Shown here piece by piece: positions 57,837-64,000 of a stretch of DNA of 64,000 nucleotides. Within the stretch, counting starts at the first letter, position 1, and the number at the start of each line of letters is the position of its first letter. The notes below the pieces were generated by a model. The model saw only the letters and a list, made by a program, of their open reading frames with translations, did not search any database and had not been told where the DNA came from. Source of the stretch: a bacterium (lineage in GTDB: Bacteria > Zhuqueibacterota > Zhuqueibacteria > Residuimicrobiales > Krinioviventaceae); NCBI GenBank assembly GCA_963693055.1, contig OY843751.1, positions 5,952,001 to 6,016,000 of the forward strand, written 5' to 3'. The position numbers and the translations under genes were made by a program.

Positions 57837-58811
57837 TTATGTTCTAATACTGCTGATACAAGCTACGGTAACAATATCATCAGTACTGCAACCGCGGGAC
57901 AAATCATTAGCCGGTTTAGCAAGTCCCTGAATCAATGGACCCAAGGCTACAGCACCTGCCAAACGTTCAGTTAATTTATATGCAATGTTTCCTGCACTCA
58001 GGTCGGGAAAGATCAAAACATTCGCTTTTCCGGCAACTTTACTGTCTGGTGATTTCTTACGACCAATGGCTTCAATCAAAGCAGCATCTGCCTGTAATTC
58101 ACCGTCAAGCGCCAGATCGGGTCTTCTTTTTTGTGCTATTTCAACAGCATTAACTACTTTATCAACATCCGGGTGTTGAGCACTGCCCTTGGTAGAAAAA
58201 GACAATAACGCAACAACAGGTTCTTCACCGGTCAGCTCCTGGTGGGTTTGCGCAGAAGCAATAGCAATATCTGCCAGTTCTTCTGAATTGGGATTCGGTA
58301 CAACACCGCAATCCGCATAGGTTAACGCACGGCCATCAGGTAGAACCATCAGGAATGTACTGGATACAACCTTGAATCCCTCTTTAACACCAATAATATG
58401 AATCCCAGAGCGAAGAACATTTGCCGTAGTATTGACAGCACCGGCAACACTTGCATGAGCTCTGCCTTTTCGCACCATCATTGCGGAATAAAACAAAGGA
58501 TTGGCAATAATTTTTTCAGCTTTTTCGTGAGTCATTCCTTTATGTTTACGCAGGTCGTAATACTCTTCAATATATTCTCCGCGTTTTTCATCAGTATCAG
58601 GATCAATCAGTTCATAAGAAGAAATATCAACACCTGCTGCTTTTGCCGCATCTGAAACACGCTTTTGGTTCCCAACCAGAATAGGAATTACATATTTATT
58701 TTGATGACAAATTTCTACTGCTTTTAAAACGCGCTCATCGTCAGCTTCCGGAAACAAAATCGGTTTCAGATTCTGCTGCGCTTTTTGTTGAATTTGCTGC
58801 AATACTTTCAT
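57837..58811 (-). CDS. pta: phosphate acetyltransferase
   Basis: [41 protein letters not shown]; ATG 58811 overlaps the coaD stop. Confidence 0.95.
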   Translation of the reverse strand: MKVLQQIQQKAQQNLKPILFPEADDERVLKAVEICHQNKYVIPILVGNQKRVSDAAKAAGVDISSYELIDPDTDEKRGEYIEEYYDLRKHKGMTHEKAEKIIANPLFYSAMMVRKGRAHASVAGAVNTTANVLRSGIHIIGVKEGFKVVSSTFLMVLPDGRALTYADCGVVPNPNSEELADIAIASAQTHQELTGEEPVVALLSFSTKGSAQHPDVDKVVNAVEIAQKRRPDLALDGELQADAALIEAIGRKKSPDSKVAGKANVLIFPDLSAGNIAYKLTERLAGAVALGPLIQGLAKPANDLSRGCSTDDIVTVACISSIRT

Positions 58812-59305
58812 TGGTTCCTCATCTTTTCTAATAATTTTTCTTTCACATGTACGGGCACAAAACAATCAATATCCCCGTCTAACATTACCAATTCTTTAAC
58901 TATACTGGAATTCAAATAACTATATCTTTCATGCGGCATTAAAAAAACCGTAATAATATCTTTAGCCAGTTTACGATTCATTAAAGCCATTTGAAATTCA
59001 TATTCAAAATCAGAAACTGCCCGAAGACCTCTAATAATGGCAATAGAGCCGGTCTCTTGTGCATACTTTACAAGTAATCCCTGAAAACTGTCAACAGACA
59101 CATGAGGAATTTCAACAATCGAATCCCGAATCATTTCCACGCGCTCCTGTTCAGAAAACAAGGGTTTTTTGTTCTTATTCTGAGCAACTGCTACAATGAC
59201 CTTGTCGAACATTAAACTCGCCCGCTTTATAATATCAATATGTCCGTTTGTTATGGGATCAAACGAACCCGGGTAAATTGCAACTTTTTCTATATGTTCA
59301 GTCAT
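58808..59305 (-). CDS. coaD: pantetheine-phosphate adenylyltransferase
   Basis: [24 protein letters not shown]. Confidence 0.97.
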   Translation of the reverse strand: MTEHIEKVAIYPGSFDPITNGHIDIIKRASLMFDKVIVAVAQNKNKKPLFSEQERVEMIRDSIVEIPHVSVDSFQGLLVKYAQETGSIAIIRGLRAVSDFEYEFQMALMNRKLAKDIITVFLMPHERYSYLNSSIVKELVMLDGDIDCFVPVHVKEKLLEKMRNQ

Positions 59306-59843
59306 CTTTTTTCAATACTGTAATTTTTGTTATACCCATTTTTTTTTCTTTAATTACAATCATTCCATCCGGAACCGGAACATCTTCTTTTGCATCGGAC
59401 TCGTATATAACAAGACCTTCTGGAGTTAAAACATTCTGATCTAAAATTAATTGCAACAATTTTTGTTTATGTTCAAACCGATATGGAGGATCACAAAATA
59501 CAATATCATATTGTTGTTGAATTGCGTGCTCTTGAAGAAGAAAGGCCTTGGCATTTTTTCTATAAACCTTTGCCTGAGCTCTCACTTTATCCAGGTTTTT
59601 CTGGACCAAATCGCAGGCAACTTTTGACTGGTCCACAAATACAACCGAGGCAGCAAGTCTGCTTAGCGCTTCAATTCCAAAACTGCCAGTACCTGCAAAT
59701 AAATCAAGAACGTTGGCCTGGTTTATTTTATCATTCAGATACGAGAATAAAAACTCGCGTGTTCTGTCTGTAGTTGGCCTGATCCATTGATCTTTGGGAG
59801 TAAATAATTTATGTCCTTTATACTGACCGGATATTACACGCAT
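59298..59843 (-). CDS. rsmD: 16S rRNA m2G966 methyltransferase
   Basis: MRVISG, RPTTDR, LDLFAGTGSFGIEALSR, DPPY. Confidence 0.95.
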   Translation of the reverse strand: MRVISGQYKGHKLFTPKDQWIRPTTDRTREFLFSYLNDKINQANVLDLFAGTGSFGIEALSRLAASVVFVDQSKVACDLVQKNLDKVRAQAKVYRKNAKAFLLQEHAIQQQYDIVFCDPPYRFEHKQKLLQLILDQNVLTPEGLVIYESDAKEDVPVPDGMIVIKEKKMGITKITVLKKDD

Positions 59844-59922
59844 TTTAATATATTATATAAATGCCCCTTGACAACCAGGTTCCTGTGTCCGATCATTAAG
59901 GGGCCAATTTTAGAATTCTGTT

Positions 59923-60954
59923 TTATGCCGGGTTGTTCAGGAAAAATCTCAACACCAATGTACCATTGGATTTATTAACCGGCATTACAATTATTTTTGA
60001 AAGGGATACATCCCAACCACTGTTGAATATATCCGTTACGACATTTTGACAATTATTCATTTGTCCGGATATTTTTACAAAAACCAGAGATCTTTTTCCA
60101 CTGTTCCAAGCTTTGGGTGCACCCACAGTAATTTCATGTTTAAGAACACTGTTTTTATTAATAATATTATTGATCTGGGTTCTCATGTTTGCAGCGCTTA
60201 TGGGATTTGTGCCGCGTTGAGGTGAAACATTACTATATGTTCCCGCAATCAGTGTTTGTCTTCCGGTGAGTTTTGGCTCGGTTGTAATAGCGGCACCGGC
60301 AGGTAATGAAGAGGACAGAGACTGATAGTAACTGCTTAATGCGGATGATGATGTTGTAGATACACCTACAGAAAATGTGTTTTCATCAATGAACAAACTA
60401 CTCAATGAAACACTAGCAGGAAGAGCATTCAAAAAGTTATCTACAAGTTGAACGGCAACAACAGATTGACCCGAAGCAGATGTTCTGGTAACAGGTGTAG
60501 TAACCCGTGTTTGCCCTGCCTGAGACACTGGTTTACTTTCTGCATCAGTCTGAGATTGATTAACAGGTTGGTTTTGAACAACCGGTTGCTGCTCTATGGA
60601 TTCTGTAGTAGTTGGCTGTTGAACAACCTGATCTGTTTGTTGTTCGCTTGAATCCAACACTGTGTGTTGTTTTTGTGTTATGGTAGTTGGAACTTTGGGT
60701 TTAAATAAAAGATCTCTTTGAAAATAAAATAAATAACCCATAACCAATACAACCACAGTTAACGGGATGAGAATAAAATAAAGCCATCCCATTTTCATCT
60801 GTTTCTTGGGTTTTTTTATTTTATTTTTTGATGCTGCTTTATTATCCTTTACAGGACCGGCTTCATCAGAATGGAACATGACATCATCCTGGGTATACTC
60901 TTTATCAGGAACCGATTGGGATGATTGTTCTCGCTTATCAAATAATAAATTCAT
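59923..60954 (-). CDS. bitopic membrane protein with Q/T-rich linker; possible PilN/PilO-like periplasmic domains
   Basis: single TM, low-complexity linker, two alpha/beta domains; follows the pilM-like gene. Confidence 0.45.
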   Translation of the reverse strand: MNLLFDKREQSSQSVPDKEYTQDDVMFHSDEAGPVKDNKAASKNKIKKPKKQMKMGWLYFILIPLTVVVLVMGYLFYFQRDLLFKPKVPTTITQKQHTVLDSSEQQTDQVVQQPTTTESIEQQPVVQNQPVNQSQTDAESKPVSQAGQTRVTTPVTRTSASGQSVVAVQLVDNFLNALPASVSLSSLFIDENTFSVGVSTTSSSALSSYYQSLSSSLPAGAAITTEPKLTGRQTLIAGTYSNVSPQRGTNPISAANMRTQINNIINKNSVLKHEITVGAPKAWNSGKRSLVFVKISGQMNNCQNVVTDIFNSGWDVSLSKIIVMPVNKSNGTLVLRFFLNNPA

Positions 60955-61002
60955 AAATAACTCTCTTTTTCCCCATAAACTAATTACAAGAATCTATCAT
61001 TT

Positions 61003-61944
61003 CTACAAAACCATACCCAAACTGAAAACAAATTTTTCGGGATATCGCTCAATTAATTCCTGCGAATTGGAATCCAGATCCAATGGTAAGCTGGTAAAAG
61101 GATTGAAATGAATGGGTTGAAACCGGCTTTGTTGTTGCCCAAAATGATTGAGCAATTCAGATTTAAAATTTTCACCAAAAAAGTAAACCTGTTCAAGGCT
61201 GTTGACCTGCATAGATTCACTAACCTGCTGCAATAGATTGTTTATGGTATGATTAATATCTGTTGCAACATTCAAAGAATCCGTTCCTTTAATAGGATTT
61301 TCAGAATAGGAAATTTCATGCGAGAGTACATAATTACCATCATTTACAAGTATAATATCATACACTCCCTGCATACAATTGACAAGGGCACATAATCCTT
61401 CACTGTGTTGTGTCGCTTTAAAGGTTTTCAATGCTGCAAGCTTGTCAATATCAATTCGTGTTAATGTTAAAGAAGAATGGTCAAACACATCTTGAATATA
61501 TTGAATCATTTCTTTTCTAACAGAAACAACAAGATACCGCTCAAACCCGGGTTTGAGCGGTTTTATAGACTGATAATTAACATTAAACTCATCTCTATTT
61601 GAAACAAGAAGCTGATTAACTTCCCATTCCATATGATCTTCAAGCATAGCATTATCAAGATCATTATCAAAAACTACAATCTGTTCTACAGTCATTCTGC
61701 CATCAATTGCCAAGTCGGCTGCCCCCGGCAGCATACCTTCCTGCTCTACCAGCAAGTTAATCGCATTAGAAAATTTTTCTGCAGAAACCGCTTTACACGC
61801 TGTTGGCACAAACGGGGCTTCCAATTTGGTTTCGGCAACGCGAAGTATCTTTATATCGCCATTGTCTCTTTGAGCTTCTATTATCCGCAATACTTTACCA
61901 GACATATAGATTCCCAAACTTATTTTTTCCCCTTTAATCGCCAT
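61003..61944 (-). CDS. PilM-like actin-fold pilus assembly protein
   Basis: N-terminal LGI...LRIIE, MEWEVNQLL, YLVVSVRKE, RIDIDKLAAL, VYFFGE, FNPF, LGMVL. Confidence 0.7.
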   Translation of the reverse strand: MAIKGEKISLGIYMSGKVLRIIEAQRDNGDIKILRVAETKLEAPFVPTACKAVSAEKFSNAINLLVEQEGMLPGAADLAIDGRMTVEQIVVFDNDLDNAMLEDHMEWEVNQLLVSNRDEFNVNYQSIKPLKPGFERYLVVSVRKEMIQYIQDVFDHSSLTLTRIDIDKLAALKTFKATQHSEGLCALVNCMQGVYDIILVNDGNYVLSHEISYSENPIKGTDSLNVATDINHTINNLLQQVSESMQVNSLEQVYFFGENFKSELLNHFGQQQSRFQPIHFNPFTSLPLDLDSNSQELIERYPEKFVFSLGMVL

Positions 61945-61974
61945 ATTCTATACTTCTTTCTTGAGTATTATTGT

Positions 61975-62661
61975 TTATTTTTGCCAGCTTTTTTCACCAT
62001 TTTCATTGATTGAACCATGGTTTTCAAGTTTGTAACCGCCCAAAGTACTTTTTACAAAATCTTTTTTAACAGCAAGAATATCTGTAGAGTCTATCGGACA
62101 TGTGATAGAGATCTTTTTAAAGGTAGAATCATTATTTACTTCAATAACATATCCTTCATTTGTAGACGGACAATTAAACATTGCTTCTAAAGCAGCAAAA
62201 GCTATAGAATCTATTTTTTCTCCATAGTTTGCATCGACAACTCTTAAAGAGTCAAATACTAATGCTGCTGTAGTATCCAGGTCATAACGTCTACCATAAT
62301 CGCGTAATGAATCAACCAGGGATTTTGCTACACTGTCAGAACCTTGCTGAAAATATGCGTAAATGTCAAGTGTTAATACAGAATCTGCAGTCATGAATGT
62401 TCTTAATCTGGCACCAGTAGAATCATTTTTAATAAATTCTACAACTTTTGCAAGGGTATCATTATAAGCATTATTTTCACTGAGATATGTCAATTCTGCA
62501 TATAGTATGTGATCCATATGTTCCTGACAAATCTTGGTTTCTTTATCAGCCATATCCCAAAGTTGTTTTGGGTAAATAATGGTTAACACCAAGGCAACAG
62601 CCAAAACAAGAATCAGAAACTTGTAGATTATTGAACCTTTGGGCGTAAGTTCCTTTGCCAT
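61975..62661 (-). CDS. membrane-anchored pilin-like hypothetical protein
   Basis: N-terminal hydrophobic helix, C..M..I..AE..Y....Y...L pattern, CP..CP, NHGSI; ATG 62661 after GGAGG. Confidence 0.5.
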   Translation of the reverse strand: MAKELTPKGSIIYKFLILVLAVALVLTIIYPKQLWDMADKETKICQEHMDHILYAELTYLSENNAYNDTLAKVVEFIKNDSTGARLRTFMTADSVLTLDIYAYFQQGSDSVAKSLVDSLRDYGRRYDLDTTAALVFDSLRVVDANYGEKIDSIAFAALEAMFNCPSTNEGYVIEVNNDSTFKKISITCPIDSTDILAVKKDFVKSTLGGYKLENHGSINENGEKSWQK

Positions 62662-62688
62662 CTTTCCTCCTAAAGTTATCAGCACAAC

Positions 62689-63090
62689 TCAATCTATTGT
62701 TATGCTTGTTTTAATTTTTTTAAATGTTTTTTTTCCAATTCTATTGACACTTTTTATATCTTCAATGTGTTGAAATGGACCATGTTGATTTCTATATTCC
62801 ACTATATTGACAGCCAGTGTTGGACCAATTCTCGGCAATGTCTGTAATTGTTCAAAGGTTGCGGTATTGATATTTATCTTTCCAACAACACTGTCTTTTT
62901 GTTGATTTATTTCCTTTGTATGTTCATAGAGCAAACTTTGCTGCTCAAAACTGTCAATCCATTCCTTTTGTACAAAAGATGGATTGTTTTCATTTTGCCA
63001 AATTTTATACTCATTTACTGCAATTCCGGTAATTATGGCCAACAAAAACAATAGTAAAAATTTTTGTTCATTGCGCGTAAAAGAGAACAT
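62689..63090 (-). CDS. comEA: ComEA-family helix-hairpin-helix DNA-binding protein
   Basis: KININTA..EQLQTLPRIGPTLA..I.YR..GPF; N-terminal TM. Confidence 0.85.
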   Translation of the reverse strand: MFSFTRNEQKFLLLFLLAIITGIAVNEYKIWQNENNPSFVQKEWIDSFEQQSLLYEHTKEINQQKDSVVGKININTATFEQLQTLPRIGPTLAVNIVEYRNQHGPFQHIEDIKSVNRIGKKTFKKIKTSITID

Positions 63091-63093
63091 ATA

Positions 63094-64000
63094 TTATAAT
63101 ATAGCTTCTTTCATCCTTTCAAAGAAGCTTTTATCTCCTTTTTTTGGAAACATATTTTCCTGTTCTGCCAATTCTTTTAATAAATCTTTTTCTCTGGCAG
63201 ACAGCTTTGTCGGCGTATATACCATAACTCTTATCAACTGATCTCCGGCTCCATGCGAATTAAGATGCGGTAATCCTTTACCCTTCATTCGCAGTATCTT
63301 GCCGCTCTGTGTACCCGGTGCTATATGAATTTTCGCCTTACCCGATAATGTGGGTACTTCAATATCGTCACCCAGTGCAACCTGGGTAAAGCCTATGTGC
63401 AAGTTATAAACAACATCATCACCATGCCGTTCAAAGGATTCGTGTTTTTCTTCTTCAATGATTACCAAAACATCACCAGTAGGGCCGCCCTTGGGGCCAA
63501 CATTACCAGATCCGCGAAGCGTCAGATATTGTCCTTCAGCAACGCCTGCTGGAATGTTTACCTGAAGGGTATCTTCACCACGAACACGGCCTTCACCTTT
63601 ACAATCCGTACAAGGCTTGTCAATGGTTTTACCTTCACCACCGCAATTCTGACATGTCTGGGTAACCGTAAAAAAGCCCTGACGATAAGCTACTTCGCCA
63701 CGACCATGACAAACCGGACAAGTCACAAACGAAGTTCCCGGACTTGCACCAGAGCCATCACATGTATTACAACGAACATGTTTTTTTATTTTGATCGTTT
63801 TTTCAACACCGGTGGCTATTTCTTCCAGTGTTAGTTTTAAACGAATCTGTAAATCAGCACCTTTTTTAGCAGCAGAACGACGACGACCGGCAGAGCCGCC
63901 TCCCATTCCAAAAATATCTCCAAATCCACCACCAAATACTTCACGGAAAATATCAAAGGGATCTACATAGCCGCCCTCATAACCACCAAATCCACCTGTG
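63094..64000 (-). CDS. dnaJ: chaperone DnaJ (5' end outside the window)
   Basis: G/F region with DIF motifs runs to the window edge; four CxxCxGxG repeats; C-terminal domain. Confidence 0.96.
   Translation of the reverse strand, partial: TGGFGGYEGGYVDPFDIFREVFGGGFGDIFGMGGGSAGRRRSAAKKGADLQIRLKLTLEEIATGVEKTIKIKKHVRCNTCDGSGASPGTSFVTCPVCHGRGEVAYRQGFFTVTQTCQNCGGEGKTIDKPCTDCKGEGRVRGEDTLQVNIPAGVAEGQYLTLRGSGNVGPKGGPTGDVLVIIEEEKHESFERHGDDVVYNLHIGFTQVALGDDIEVPTLSGKAKIHIAPGTQSGKILRMKGKGLPHLNSHGAGDQLIRVMVYTPTKLSAREKDLLKELAEQENMFPKKGDKSFFERMKEAIL

Noticed and set aside
59863-59904. GCCCCTTGA..TTAAGGGGC hairpin as an ncRNA
   Set aside because: No recognisable family; it is most simply an intergenic stem or weak terminator.
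132-63834. Numerous short antisense or overlapping ORFs in the six-frame track (e.g. 21585-22160, 33122-33718, 33728-34297, 32586-32812)
   Set aside because: They are shadows of well-supported genes or tRNAs on the other strand or frame, with no motifs or RBS.

Overview
Bacterial window, probably from an FCB-related lineage such as KSB1 or Calditrichota. That placement is an inference from the FlgD/T9SS-type C-terminal sorting domains, a PorV-family gene and the gene order. The window has two halves. (1) 1-32.5 kb is accessory DNA, almost all on the + strand. It holds a glycan-degradation cluster (2x GH3, GH92, sulfatase, an unknown GH20-fold protein) and a GxxExxY nuclease gene bracketed by inverted repeats. 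A string of unrelated 1-2 gene modules follows: two paralogous secreted proteins, a dead MazEF-like pair, a TIM-barrel protein, MscS, PhoD, an integron cassette with an attC site, a nucleoside hydrolase, and an Hna-like helicase-nuclease plus Abi_C defence pair. This string ends at the 3' end of tRNA-Gln(CTG). The modules are separated by 7-8 copies of a 31-bp palindrome. Several copies are followed by decayed copies of the tRNA-Gln 3' flank, which suggests a tRNA-anchored, serially built gene-capture array; no integrase is visible in the window. (2) 32.6-64 kb is core-like DNA on the - strand: dnaJ (partial), comEA, pilin-like, pilM-like, rsmD, coaD, pta, aspC, FmdB and TPR genes. An unusual five-gene cluster follows: a small secreted protein, a 3157-aa Ig-repeat protein with a CTD, PorV-TPR, an RsbW-HAMP-PP2C-HTH-acidic-TPR fusion, and STAS-HTH. 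Then come obgE, dprA, two tRNA-Ser genes, gltX and tRNA-Gln. All alignments and family calls were made by eye; no database searches were run.
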